Source of the DNA: Felis catus
Lineage: Eukaryota
Reading direction: 5' to 3'
Assembly: GCF_018350175.1 (NCBI RefSeq)
Contig: NC_058382.1
Span: 59,336,001-59,400,000, forward strand
DNA length: 64,000 bases
Shown here piece by piece: positions 35,131-47,490 of this stretch; position 1 is the stretch's first letter, and each line of letters begins with the position of its first letter. The notes beneath the pieces are model-generated. The model ran no database searches and had not been told where the DNA came from. It saw only the letters and a program-made list of their open reading frames with translations. The translations under genes were made by a program, and so were the position numbers.

Positions 35131-37016
35131 TATTCCAAATTCTCTCGTGTTGTTGATAAATGAGAAGCCAGCACCTTCTACCCGCCAGCCAGCCAGCCGG
35201 GGAGGCTACAGACAAGGGCCCATCTTGCAATGTTTGTGGTGCCAAGACGTGTTTGTGTGAGTGTTTTCTCCCCGGGATCAAAAGGGGGGAAAAAAGATTT
35301 TCCCCCCAAAATCAACTAACCACCGCAGCTCGGAAACACAGGGAATGTGTACAACATTGTCCTTCAGAAATCCATCTTGAATTTTTTTTATGTCCTCTCT
35401 TTGATCAGAGGCTGACAAAGAATGACATTTTTCTCCATTCTGTTGCATTTAACATGGACTGGCACGGGGTGAGTTTAAACAAACAGATGGCCCAGGCATG
35501 AACGTTCCTTTCAGTCAGAGAGGCTGGAGGTGGGCTGGCCTGAGGGGGCGGGGCACTGCTGTCGGGGGGACTCGGTACAGAGAGGGGGGCAAATAGGGCA
35601 GCATCCCCGGGGCAGTTAAGACAGGACTAAACCCATGATGAGAACCACGTACGCTACCTCTGTGCTCTGGGCCTGGGGTCCCCCTTCGAGCCCACAGGGT
35701 AATGGGAAATCCTTCAGAGACGGCCCACTGCATTCCAAGGTGTCAAGGAGGGAAAACAAAACAAAACAAAAACCCTTCCAAGTGGATTTCAGATCATCGA
35801 GTGCCCAGGGAGTGCACAGTAAGAAGGGTAGGCGGGGAGAAGGGCCAGGTGCTTGTGGGAAATTTTGCACCAGAGCCTAGCTCTAGGCCCCTCGACAGGC
35901 AACGGGAAACTGAGAAGGGCCAGCCCTCGGTTGAGAGGCTTTAAGGGCAGGCATAAGCTGGGCCCACTCCCTCTAAGCACCATCAGAACAGTCACTTGTG
36001 GCCTCCGTGTGTGGACTCTGGGCCATTGGCACATGGCCACCAGGAACCAGGAGGATGCACACACCTAGGACACATGTTCCGGGACATGTGGACACTCTGA
36101 AGTCACTGCTGAGAGCCACACAACTGTGTCTTCCCCGCGTCGGAGAATGGAGGTGTTGAATGATGCCTGTCTCCCCATGGATGTTCCCCTTGACCTCAGA
36201 GACCCTCCAGACCCCTCCTCCTCAAGTGCGCAGAGACCACAGAAGAGGGACAGACCTCCTCACCACTGCCCACGTACCAGGCGTTAAAAGAAGTCCCCAA
36301 ATCCCAGCCAAGTGTTTGGATGAGGTCTGTCAGCTGGCATCGGGGCCAGTGGGTGATAATGCAGAGGGCACATCGCAAGAGAGATGGTTCAAGCCGGCTT
36401 CTCTGTTTTCCCTTGTTCTGCACCCCCCACAAGCATAACCTCCTCCCCGTGCTCCTTCCTCTTGTGGGCTCAAGGTGGGCAGCTGCAAGGAAGGGAAGAA
36501 AGTTACAGTCGGATGGAGTAATTTATTAGCAATCATGAACGCCCTCGAGAGTGCAGTCAATTAGAGGCCGTGCGTTTACTAGAAGCTCAACCAGACCAGG
36601 GGAGCTGGGGACGCTAACCACAAATATTGACAAGGCCACGCAGTGAGCACAGTCAGGGGCCCTGTGGCTGGAGGCCCCCACAGCCCCGGGGCCGCCCCGC
36701 CCTCGTACCTCCCATGGCCGTGTCTCCATTCCCCGAGCTGACCTGTCCCCAAGCTCGAGTGCTCAGATTCCAGCTCTCCACCACGCTGGGGCAGACACAG
36801 CCCCATGCCCGGAGCTGGCAGCATCCTGACAAGCTGGCGAAGGCAAGAGAGCCTATAGGGGGAGGAAGAGGAAGAATGTTCTAGAAGAGGACAGAGTCCA
36901 GACTCTGGGCCAGAACGCAGGCAGCATCCACACACTCTTCTACTGGTCTTTCTCTGAAACACAAACAATAAACCAGGGGCGGCGGGAACACATGTGTAAA
37001 AACAGTGTGCGGGCTG

Positions 37017-37019
37017 CAT

Positions 37020-37053
<34 letters not shown>
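37017..37053. repeat. (CA)n microsatellite
   Basis: CATACATA followed by an (CA)n run. Confidence 0.95.
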
Positions 37054-37055
<2 letters not shown>

Positions 37056-38604
37056 TCTTGGTGTCATTTATTTAAAGCCCAGACTATGTCTTCTTACTAA
37101 AGGCCTTTTTTTTTTCCACACTGTTTTAGCCCCTACTCTCACAGAGCTTCCCTCCTTAATGTAAACGTAGGGATTTCCCACAGCACTGGAGCTGGAATGT
37201 TCTAAAATGCTAGCATCGACACATTTCTACTCCATTTTATTACAGAAACGTTATTTTATGGCACGGAGAGTGTGGTGTGTGTGAAAAGCAGGCAAAGGAG
37301 GGGTCCTCCTGCAGAGGGGGGGCTGCCCGCGGTGCCGCTGCCTCGTATAAATCCCCAGAAGTGACAGTCAAGCAGGCAGGAGAATTTGGGAAACCAACAG
37401 ACAAAATATACAGTGCAGCCCGTGGGCCTCACCTTTACAAGGCAGAGAGAGCTTCTGGAATGGATGGCCCGGGACCTCCGGGGCCGCTCATTAGGCACTT
37501 GATGAATTGGACGGGGGGCCCACGGCCCTCCTGGGGTGGCGAAATGCTCAAAAACCAAGTTTTATTAACCTAATAAAATGAAAGGAAAAGAAAAGTCAGG
37601 GAAATTTCAGCTAAAAGGATAAATGCAGGAAGCATAGTAAGTTCACCTACTTTGACTATATTTAGACCCATTCTGGCGGACAACAGCAGTTCTCACAAAG
37701 ACCCCGCGTTCCTGATGCTGGATCTCAGCTGACTGGCCAGCAATGTGCCACGGCTGGTCTGGAGACATCCGGGGTGCCTTGTGCTCACGCTCTTAGGAAT
37801 GAATTATAAGCCCGTACTTTTTCACCTCCTCTAATGCCAAAGCCAGGGAGTGCAAGAAGGGAAACCGGCAAAGGGCACTCCTTGGGGCAAACGGGGGTTC
37901 CGGAGAGTGACCCTGCCCGACCCTGGGCAGGAAAGGAATGCCATCAGCATCCAGGAATCTCAGAGCGCCCACCTCGCGGAAGAGAAGTCTAAGCAAGAAT
38001 TACAGCAAACAAGTCAAGCGCATGCAGACGTGACAAGGTGTCCATTATTTGCAAATACCTTCAGGGGCCCTCGACTCTGGAAGTGGGGGCTAGGAGGGTC
38101 TAGTTCAGGAAGAGGCCAGCGCAAAGCGAGGCTTCCTACCTCTCCTGACTGATGCACCACGGTGGCGAGAGGCCAGGTTGGTGGGCCACGCCGTGGGGAC
38201 CTGAGAACATGCTCGGCCCACGCGACACGGCCAGGCCCCCCAGCTCACTGGGCTTGAACCCCCCAAAAGCAGGAGAGCTTTGTTATCTCTGGATCCCAGA
38301 GGCAAAGGCTGCTGGCAGGTGTGTGCTCACACAGGGCGGGCACACGGGAGGGAGGACACGTGTCAGCCCTACACGTGTCAGCAAGAACACGCACAGGGGA
38401 ACACTGTCTCCTGTCGCATTCCCAGCTCAGAGCTGGCCTTGTGGCACCAACCCCCATGTGGCAACCTGTTGACAGCAAATGTTCTGTAAGCCAGAATCAG
38501 CAAGCCCAGCGCCCCGCAAATCACCCTCCTAAATCCGAGAGGAAGATGTAGGCCTACCCAGTGGGCTGGAGCACACTCCCCAAGGCCGTGCCTTTCTTTT
38601 TAAA

Positions 38605-38831
38605 TTTGTTTTATGTTTATTTATTTTTGAAAGAGAGGGGGAGGGAGACAGAGACAGAGACAGAGAGTAGGGGAGGGCCAGAGAGAGAGAGGGAGACACA
38701 GAATCCGAAGCAGGCTCCAGGCTCCGAGCCGTCAGCACAGAGCCCGACGTGGGGGCTTGAACCCACGAACCGCGAGATCGTGACCTGAGCCGAAGTCGGA
38801 CGCTTCACCGACTGAGCCCCCCAGGCGCCGC
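38605..38831 (-). mobile_element. SINEC (felid) with 17-bp TSD GTGCCTTTCTTTTTAAA
   Basis: Full SINEC body; TSD copies at 38588-38604 and 38835-38851. Confidence 0.97.
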
Positions 38832-41079
38832 TTTGTGCCTTTCTTTTTAAACGTAAACTAAGTGCATGCACCAACATCATGTTTGCGTTTGTGCGCCCAT
38901 ATAATCCTCACTCCTCCCAGAGCCATGCTCTAGCCCCTCCTGGCTCTCCAGGTCCCTGTCAGTGGGGACAGCCCTGTTTCTCTAAAAGGTGCTCTCACAT
39001 TTCATCGCTGCAGGGGATATTTAGGGCAGTGAGACTCCTCCATATGACTCTGAGATGGTGCATACGTGACATCATACGTTTGCCAAAACCCCCAGAATAT
39101 CCACCACCAGGAATGACCCTCACGTACAGTACGGGCTTTACCTGATGATGGCGTGTCCACAGGTACTGGGGGTACCACGCCCACATGCTGCGTCAGTAAC
39201 CCGGAAAACTGAGGTGGTGAGGCAGGACAGAGGTGGGGACTCGGGCTTTCCACTCTATTTCTGCGCAAACCTAAAACCACTCTAAAACCAGAAGTCTACT
39301 AATAAAAGAACCTCATTGCTGAAGTGACAGAAGGAATGTTCTTTGCCTGCTCTCTTCCCGTTTGGTATTTCCTGGGACAGGATTTTCAGAAAGTAGAAAA
39401 ATTCAAAACAAAACAGAAAAATCCCACCAATGCACAGCCATTTCGGCCGCCCGTTTGGGGGCCGTCCTGGGCTGGGTCGGAGCCAGGCTAATTTCAACCG
39501 TGTGGCCATTTATTTTTTATTTTTACACCAACGTCTCATCGCGCTGAGTGTAATGACAGGGTCACCATAAATACACCAAAATCCTGCTTTCCGTTTGCAG
39601 TTGGCTGACAAACGAATGTCAGCCTGTCAGCCTGTCAACTGGGATTAGTGGAAGGATTCTGGCCCTGCCCACTGAGCCCGCCCGCGAGTCCGCAAACCTG
39701 GCACAGGTGCTGGAGGGGAAACCGCCCCGGGTGTAGACTCCAAGGGGGTGGTTGGCCTGGGCAGCCTCCCGCCTCAACGGGGGGCCTCAACACCAGCCTC
39801 TGCCGAAGGATGGGCCCTGTCCCTCCTGAGGGAGACAAGGGAAAGAGAGAGGGGCTGGCCGTCCACCCGGCGTGCTCGCGGGGAGCTGGTATCTGCAGCC
39901 TCGGCCACAGTGACAGTGCACACAGCCCCCCCCCCCCAACACCATCACACCCTCTGGGTCCTCCTGCGGCTGCGGGGCCGCTACCAGGCCAGATGGAACA
40001 AACTCAGGTTCTGGCCCTTTGGCTCCTCTGTGGGAGGTTTTTATGAGGGCTCCTGGGGTCTCGAATACCATGCCCAGAGGGAGACCAGGAATACAACCCT
40101 GCCACCAGCTTCAGGTCTGCGTGGTCCCACCGTGCCATCTGATCTCCAGCATGGGGAACACGTCCCGTCTCTGACATCCCGAGGAAGGGGGCTCAGAGGA
40201 CCCAGCAGCCCAAATCACAGGCTATCTCCTGCCCCCGCCGGCCCCGACAGGGGCAGCCACTGTCCAAGCATCTGGCCCCAGGCGCCCTACCCTTGAAATT
40301 ACACCTACCCACCCTGGGGTTGGGAGGGCAGGCGGGTAGAGGATACCCAGCAGAAAACATGAGCTCCCCCCAAAAAAGGTGAGTTAATATTCAATCTTCA
40401 GCCGGGACAGGTGCCCCGTCCGTCCATTCCCGCCCTTCCTCAGTGATTTTCTAGACTGAGCCGCAGATGTGTTTATGGCACTTCTTAACTGAAAAGTGAG
40501 CTCAGCTAGTACTGACCATAATCAAGTACTAATTGTCGGAGCCGACGCTTAGGGGCACGTCCGCCAGGCCCCGGCCCGTTTCCCAGGTCAGAGGGCGGCA
40601 CGCAGTCGCCGTGCTGCTGGTAAATGGCTGACCCGGGAGCCCGCAGCCCGGCCCGTCTCCACCAGCCACCTGTCAGCCGGCCACCGAGGGGCTGCCTCCC
40701 GCTAGGTAACCCCAGCGCCAGGACAGCGAGCACCCGTGTCCCCACCAGAACTGACTTAGGAACAGGAGCGCCACGGACAAGGGCTGGAGGAGGAGGAGAC
40801 GGACACGGGTGGGCTCGCGGGCCCCGAGCCCTGTGCGGCTGCTGTCCCGAGTGGGTGCCGGTGTGGGGCCTCGCCTGGGAAGGGTCTCCCAGAGCTGCCC
40901 TCTCCCACAGAGCCCGGAGCAGGCTGTCCCGGAGGCCGCAGCCTCCCCGCACGGACGCTCCCATGAGAGGACAGGAATGCCCAGCACAAGCGCTGAGAAG
41001 GTGTGCAAACAGGCGGGGTGGGCATACAGGCCGCGGGGGCAGAAACACTCCTGTTCCTCCACTCGCCTGGGGCGCACTG

Positions 41080-41160
41080 CCTGACCTGGGGCAGCCTTAG
41101 CTTTTACGTCTATAAAATGGGATCCTGACTAACACCAGGGGTCTGGGGCTTGTGTGACAC
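41080..41160 (+). mobile_element. MIR core fragment
   Basis: TGACCTGGGGCAGCCTTAGCTTTTACGTCTATAAAATGGGAT. Confidence 0.55.
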
Positions 41161-41383
41161 CAGGCAAAGAGAAACCGTCCCACCAAGGCCATGTCCTCTG
41201 CAAGAAGCACTACTCCTGCCCTGGGGTCTCGAAATCCCTCCCCCTCACCCCCTGCCTGGTCTCCCGGGGACCCCACTGGGCTTTTATCCTGACCTGACTG
41301 CATGTGGTCTCTTCAATGGGAAACCGAGCATAAGAAGAAGAAAGTGCCTACAGTATAAAATGTGTGCAAATTTATGCAAAATT

Positions 41384-41627
41384 GGGGTTGGGGGGGGCCT
41401 CACTCCACCGGAGCATCTGACTTCAGCTGAGGTCATAATCTCACGGTTTGTGAGTTCAAGCCCCACGTCGGGCTCTGTGCTGACAGCTCAGATCCTGGAA
41501 CCAGCTTCCGATTCTGCGTCTCCCTCTCTCTGCCCTCTCCCTCTCATGTTCTCTCTCTCTCTCTCTCTGCCCCTCCCCCACTCACACTCTGTCTCTCTCA
41601 AGAATAAACATTAAAAAAAATTTTTTT
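41384..41627 (+). mobile_element. SINEC (felid) with atypical G-rich head, inserted in an L1ME-like 3' fragment
   Basis: GACTTCAGCTGAGGTCATAATCTCACGG...AATAAACATTAAAAAAAA; flanks (41330-41745) resemble an old L1 3' UTR (GGAAGAAATACACCAAAATG). Confidence 0.9.
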
Positions 41628-43130
41628 AATTGTGTAAAATAGACTGACACTTACATAGAGTCTGGGAAGAAATACACCAAAATGTGTAACCTTGCCTCAG
41701 TGATGCTGTTTTGGTGGTAAGATTACTGAGAACTCTTTTCCCTTCCACGGTGTTCCGTGTTCTCACTGCTTCGGCAATAAAGAAGGGAAAATTGCAAAGG
41801 AGAAAGAAATATAAATCAGAGGCAAATAGATGGTTTTCTTCTCCTGGCCCACAGTCATCTCCCAAGTACTTGGTGGTGGTGGGGCCCCACAGTCACGGCG
41901 GCACAGAGCCTCAGACACCCGTAAGCCTTGCTGGGGCCAGGATCGGGCTCCTCAGGAAGGGCCCCCTCCTGTCCCTGCAGGCCTTCCTCTGCGCGCCCAG
42001 GACAGGGGGTTCTAGGTTTGCAGAGGGCCCTGTGAGGCCCTCTGGGGGGTGTTCCAGGGCCTCATGCCAGCTCTGGTGCCAGCCAGACCATCTGCCCTGG
42101 CCAGGACCCCGTCCACCCTGCCCTGCTGTCAGAATGTTGACATTTCTCCACACCTTCTCTTTCTTTTTCGCCATCATCAACAGCGATGCAACGAGTATGC
42201 TCACACAGAATGCAGCCTGGCCTTGCAGATGGGCACCCAAGGGAGGACAAAATCCAAATTGCACACCCCTACCCCCTTGACGCAGGCTGAAGCCCGAGCC
42301 GGGTGGCCCTGGGAGCTCTGGTGGTTCGCTGTTTTAAGCATCTCGGGTTGTGAGGATGAAAACCAGCCCACCCTGGCAGGCGGTGCCAAGTTTCGCGTTT
42401 GGTCCCTCTCCCCCAATCTCCAGAGCCCCACCAGAGCCACAGGACTAAAAATAGCCACCACCACAAACAAACGAAAAGCACACCGAACGCTCCAGCGTCG
42501 GGAGGGAATTCACAGATGGAAAACCCCAGGCCCAGAAATGGACAACATGGTACAAACAGAACCATGTCCGAACAGTGGCCGGCAGATCCCAAACTTCGCC
42601 CCGCAGTGGTCAGGCAGAAGGGCAGCCACAGTCCACCCACGTAGCCAGCGAAGGCCCGGGACGCCCGCGGGTGTGAGCAGGTGGCAGGGCAGCCTGGGGC
42701 CCCGGCCGGTCGGAACGGACACGTGGGACCCGCACAGATTCCGATCCTCCTCTTGCCCAGTGAACCCTTCGCCTCCAGATTCTCAGCCACATGACTGTGA
42801 TCAACAATAAACGAACTTCGCCCTAGTATAATTTGGGTGATTCTCCTTTCTTTTTCTAAGAGGAAGTACTTGTCTGCCTCTCCCCGCAACTAGCAACATT
42901 TTTGTCTATTTCCCCAACTCCCCTTTGACCGAGAACCCCCGCACACTTACCCCTGGCTGATCAGAACCCCCTGCAGGCGCGCCCACGGCTTGTTTCTGAG
43001 GTCCTCCACACTTTGCCAACTGACTCAATGACTAGGGGCACAGGTGCGCCACCCCCGTCGTACCAGCAGAGCCAGCCTCTGGCACCTCGGATGCACCCTA
43101 ATCCACCCGGGGCCACCCACTGACAAAGAC

Positions 43131-43536
43131 TCCAGGGGTTCCAGCTGCTGTGCCCTCCACGCCCCGTGGCAGAGCCCTCCTCCAGGGGTCCAGCTGCTGT
43201 GCCCTCCACGCCCCGTGGCAGAGCCCTCCTCCAGGGGTCCAGCTGCTGTGCCCTCCACGCCCCGTGGCAGAGCCCTCCTCCAGGGGTCCAGCTGCTGTGC
43301 CCTCCACGCCCCGTGGCAGAGCCCTCCTCCAGGGGTCCAGCTGCTGTGCCCTCCACGCCCCGTGGCAGAGCCCTCCTCCAGGGGTCCAGCTGCTGTGCCC
43401 TCCACGCCCCGTGGCAGAGCCCTCCTCCAGGGGTCCAGCTGCTGTGCCCTCCACGCCCCGTGGCAGAGCCCTCCTCCAGGGGTCCAGCTGCTGTGCCCTC
43501 CACGCCCCGTGGCAGAGCCCTTCTCCAGGGGGTCCA
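43131..43536. repeat. 49-bp GC-rich minisatellite (VNTR), 8 full copies plus partial
   Basis: Unit TCCAGGGGTCCAGCTGCTGTGCCCTCCACGCCCCGTGGCAGAGCCCTCC starting at 43131 (extra T), 43181, 43230, 43279, 43328, 43377, 43426, 43475; partial at 43524. Confidence 0.98.
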
Positions 43537-43899
43537 CACACCCTGCTGCTCTCCATCTGGCAGTTCGATTCCTCCAAGTTGGATGCAGGGTCGGATTTTA
43601 TGTGCATTTCAAATTTCCAGAACAACGGCCTTCTCCCTCACCAACCTGCAGCAATTGTCACAACCACAGCCATGTGTGAGCGACCATCTCTCCCCGTGTT
43701 AGCTCAAGGGCCTGCCCATCTGTTATATCTTCATCCATCTGAAGCAGCCCCATCCCCACGTCATGTCTGAGCCCAAAGGAAGAATGTGTTGCCCCCTCTG
43801 ATCGGTGCTGCCTCTCGTTCCCTTCCCAGTTACGTGTGGAAGGTCCCGGTGGCCAAACGGGGCTCGTGGATGAGGCGCTGCACTCCCGGGCACGTGTTC

Positions 43900-44020
43900 A
43901 TCTGTCTCCCCACATCTCACCCGTGGAGGACGTGGCCAGAGTGCCCTTCTGAGGACACCTCTGATCAGGCCCTGTCATCTGCCTCCAAGCCCTCGAGCCA
44001 ATCCGTGAGCTGACTCCCGG
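43900..44020 (+). mobile_element. L2 LINE fragment
   Basis: GGCCAGAGTGCCCTTCTGAGGACACCTCTGATCAGG...CTCCAAGCCCTC. Confidence 0.6.
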
Positions 44021-44569
44021 CACACCTGCCCACTTGTCGCCCACCAAGCAAGGCCTCTGCCACTCTCCTGTGTCCGCAGGCCACGGGGATATACAGGCGG
44101 CACCACCTGCTGCACACCGGTCGGCAAAAGCAGACCCATCTCTGGCCCTCCTGGAAGCCTGTCCAGTGGCAGAAACAGACACTGCTAAACTCATCACACA
44201 GAAGAGAAGTTCTAGCTGTGATAAGTGTCGGGAAATTGGGCGGATGGGGCATCGTGAAGCCTGACACAGAGCTGACCTGGCCTGAAAAATCTAGATGGCT
44301 TCCCTGCCAAGGAAGCAACATGAGGGAAGGGGTGGGGTGCAAAGTGACACAGAAAGGACACATGGTAGGACTTAGCGACTATTCAAACCCCGGGGGCGTC
44401 ACGAGCACAGAGCCCCACGCGAGCTCAGGGGGTAGGAGGGACAGAGCATGGCAGGTTTGAGGACCCAACAGAGGAAGCAAAGGAAGTCAGCACAAGTGTG
44501 GCTGCAGGTGTGGCTGGAAGAGAAACGGGGCAGAGCACAGGAACTCTTACCACCCACATGAATCATTTT

Positions 44570-44890
44570 GCACATTATCACGTTCAAGCCCCAAGCCCAA
44601 GGCCATCAGAAACACAGCTGCAGGCACCCAAGTTAGGTTTATGAGCTCGCTGAGCAGGGAGGGCACATCATGAGTAACCACGGGCACATCAGGTCAGGTC
44701 ACAGAAGGGTCCCTGTAGGGCCGCGTGTGGGCGAGGGTTAGCAGGATGGCCCGGGTGGGCTGGTCAGAATCTGTAAGCTGCACAAGGGACTGGAAGAGCC
44801 AGGGGTGGCCGGGGGGCGGGGGGGGGGGGGGGTGACACATAATCAGATTTGCATTTGGTGGAAGAAGGCCAGGTTATAAATATATTTTTA
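44570..44890 (-). mobile_element. Probable old ERV solo LTR (family not assigned)
   Basis: CAAGTTAGGTTTATGAGCTCGCTG...GGGAGGGCACATCATGAGTAACCACGGG resembles the reverse 3' end of an old LTR. Confidence 0.4.
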
Positions 44891-44904
44891 ACTGATGAGT
44901 AGAC

Positions 44905-45283
44905 ATTCTGTTTCCATTTCGCTGTGAAACAAACCATCCCAAACTTTAGTGATTTAAATCAATGAGGATTATTTTGCACGTGAATCTGCAATCTAAGCAG
45001 CTTGTCTCCACTGCATCAGGTTGGGGGGTCGGGGGGAGGGTGTGTCTGGAAGGCTGGGGGCCTGGGGCTGCTCATCAGGACACGTCCAGTGGCTTCTCCG
45101 CACGTCCAAGGCCTCCTGACCAGACCGTGGTGCATTCCAGGGACTTGTGTCCCAGGAGGGAGAACCCGCCAGAAGCCACCTCCCCTGGTCTACAGTCTGA
45201 AGACACCATTTCTGCCACAGTCTTTCCACTGAGCCCATCATGAGGACCGGCCTGTGTTCAAAGAGAGGAAAGATTCCACCTTA
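44905..45283 (-). mobile_element. MLT1 (H/I-type) solo LTR
   Basis: GCTGTGAAACAAACCATCCCAAACTTTAGTGATTTAAATCAA...CATTTCTGCCACAGTCT...TTCAAAGAGAGGAAAGATTCCACCT. Confidence 0.75.
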
Positions 45284-45559
45284 TGTTTTAAATCCACCAC
45301 AGTAGAAAAGCATGAAGGAAGAAGGATGCAGAATAGGGTGTCTCGATTCGCCTCTGGAAAGATGACTGGGTTGTGGCATGAAGGCCAGGCACAGGGAGGC
45401 CAGGGAGGCGGCTGGGACCACAGCCTGAGATGCAAATGAGGGCATCTGGCTCAGGGATGGAACCCAAGAGACAGAGTGAGCAGGGCTTCCGGAGCCGGCA
45501 GTGAAGGACAATCCCCAGGTTTCTGGCTGACTTGGCAATCGCCCTGCCCTCACCTCTTC

Positions 45560-45883
45560 CTCCTGGCCCTTGCATGCTCCATCCTGTCATCCAACCACCC
45601 GCTCAGTGTCACCTTGACAAGGATTCCCGATGCCTCGGGCTGATACGGCCACCCCCACTGATGCCACCCATCAGTCTCTCCCTGCCCAGCCCTCACTCCG
45701 TTCGTGGCACGCACCCTTTCCTGAAATTATGCGGTATGTTTGTTTCTTTGCTTGTTTAATATTTGCCTCCACCCCTGGAGCATCGACTCCATTATGACAG
45801 GGACCTGGTCCACTATTCATCATATCTCCGGTCTCTGACACAGAGTAGGTGCTCAATGAACGGTTTTCAAAGACAGTGAATGA
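45560..45883 (+). mobile_element. L2 LINE 3' end, inserted antisense into another L2
   Basis: GACAGGGACCTGGTC...CACAGAGTAGGTGCTCAATGAACGG...GTGAATGA. Confidence 0.8.
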
Positions 45884-46638
45884 TGGTGGCAATGATGGTG
45901 GGAGGGCCAACTTCTGAGACAGAGAATCCTCAGATAAGAACCAGGTTAAGAGAAGAAATGGTGACCTTTTCCTCAGACATGTTGAGATTTGAGTTGCCTT
46001 TGAGATGCACACAGGAGTGGAGAATATGGACCAAAGCTCAGAGGAGGGTTCCAGGATGGGTATAACGTCATAGTCTTCTGGCTAAAGGAAATCACAGAAG
46101 TGTGGGTACAGATGGGTTTGCTTGGGGAGAAAGTGTCAACTATGCAATAAAGTGGGCCTAGGAATGACACCTGAGGAATCCCAACATCTCGTGGTCAAAC
46201 AGAGGAGAACTTAGTGTGCAAGGAGAACACAGCAGACACATCCAGAGATGCAGAAGGCAGGCCAGGAGGTGCAGGCCACGAGAGCCAAGAGAGGCAGCGT
46301 TCAGGAAGGATGGGGTCGCCACATGGTAAAAGCCACCCATGGTCTGAAGTCAGGTATGAAAACTGTCTAGTTGGATATAGTGGTGTCAAGGTCACTGGCG
46401 ACTTTGGCAAAGCTGTCTGAGTGGGACGGTGAAAGCGGAAGACAGATTGCAATAGTCTGCGGAGTCGAGAGGTGAACAGATGGAAACAACAGGTATCGAC
46501 AACACTCTTGAGAGACAGCGTGAAAGGAGAGAAGAGGAATCATGTGGTAGCCAGAGGATGGAGTGGGGTGAATAATGTTTGTTTTTTGCTAACGTGAGAG
46601 AATTGGCCATGTTTATACACCTTTTTAAAAAATCACTT

Positions 46639-46842
46639 GGGACACCTGGGTGACTCAGTCAAGCATCCAACTCTTGACTTCGGTTCAAATTGTGATCTCA
46701 CGGTTCATGAGATTGAGCCCTGCGTCAGGCTCTGTGCTAACAGTGCAGAGCCTGCTTGGGATTCTCTCTTGCCCTCTCTCTCTGCCTCTTCCCCACTCAC
46801 TTGTTCTCTCTCTTGCTCAAGAATAAATAAACTTAAAAAAAA
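46639..46842 (+). mobile_element. SINEC, older subfamily; TSD AAAAAATCAC
   Basis: GGGACACCTGGGTGACTCAG...GAGCCTGCTTGGGATTCTCTC...AATAAATAAACTTAAAA. Confidence 0.95.
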
Positions 46843-46869
46843 TCACACACAAAACATTAGTTGTTCCCT

Positions 46870-47490
46870 GCGATTTGAAATATAGATCTCTATCTGACCA
46901 CAGTCCACCTTCAAATACTATCATGTGGACTCACAGGGAGTTTAAGATTCTTACAAGACTATACTTCCAATTCCACCCTCATTTTGTTTTTGCTTTTTTT
47001 TTTACACTTTTCACCCTCACATATGATATAAATGCACTATCCACTGTGACAGTCAAATATCTTTAGAGCAGTTAAATGCAAGAAAAATAAACTTTGTATT
47101 TATCTTCATTTTTACTGTGCCCAGAACTTTTCATTTTCTTTATGTGGATTCAAGATTCTGCCTGGCTTCATAGAGCTTCTGCCTCAAGAATTTCTTCTAA
47201 CGTTTCTTGCAGTTCAAGTTTGCTGGCAATAAACCCTGTCACTTTTTGCTTATCTGAAAAAAAATCTTTACTTATCCTTCATTTTTGAAAGATATTTTCC
47301 ACTGGGAATGGAATTCGGGGTTGATCATTTCCCCCCCCCCCCCCCTTTTATTTCTCTGAAGATATCATTCCATTGTCTTCTGGCTTGCATAGTTTCTAAG
47401 GAGAAGTCTGCTGTCACTCTCATCTCTATTCTGTATATAATGTGTCCTTTTTCTCTGCCTACCTTTAAGATTTTCTCTTATTCCTCAGTT
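46870..47490 (-). mobile_element. Old L1 fragment (ORF1 C-terminus and inter-ORF region)
   Basis: Reverse strand translates as MRVTADFSLETMQARRQWNDIF, a hallmark of L1 ORF1p. Confidence 0.9.

Noticed and set aside
42049..42810. 253-aa plus-strand ORF
   Set aside because: No recognisable domain; overlaps an old L1-like fragment near 42120-42240.
43131..43536. CRISPR-like array (GC-rich repeats with mini-hairpin)
   Set aside because: Units are contiguous with no unique spacers, there are no cas genes, and the context is mammalian.
42961..43770. Six overlapping 170-211 aa ORFs with repetitive peptides
   Set aside because: Produced by the stop-free 49-bp VNTR being open in all frames on both strands.
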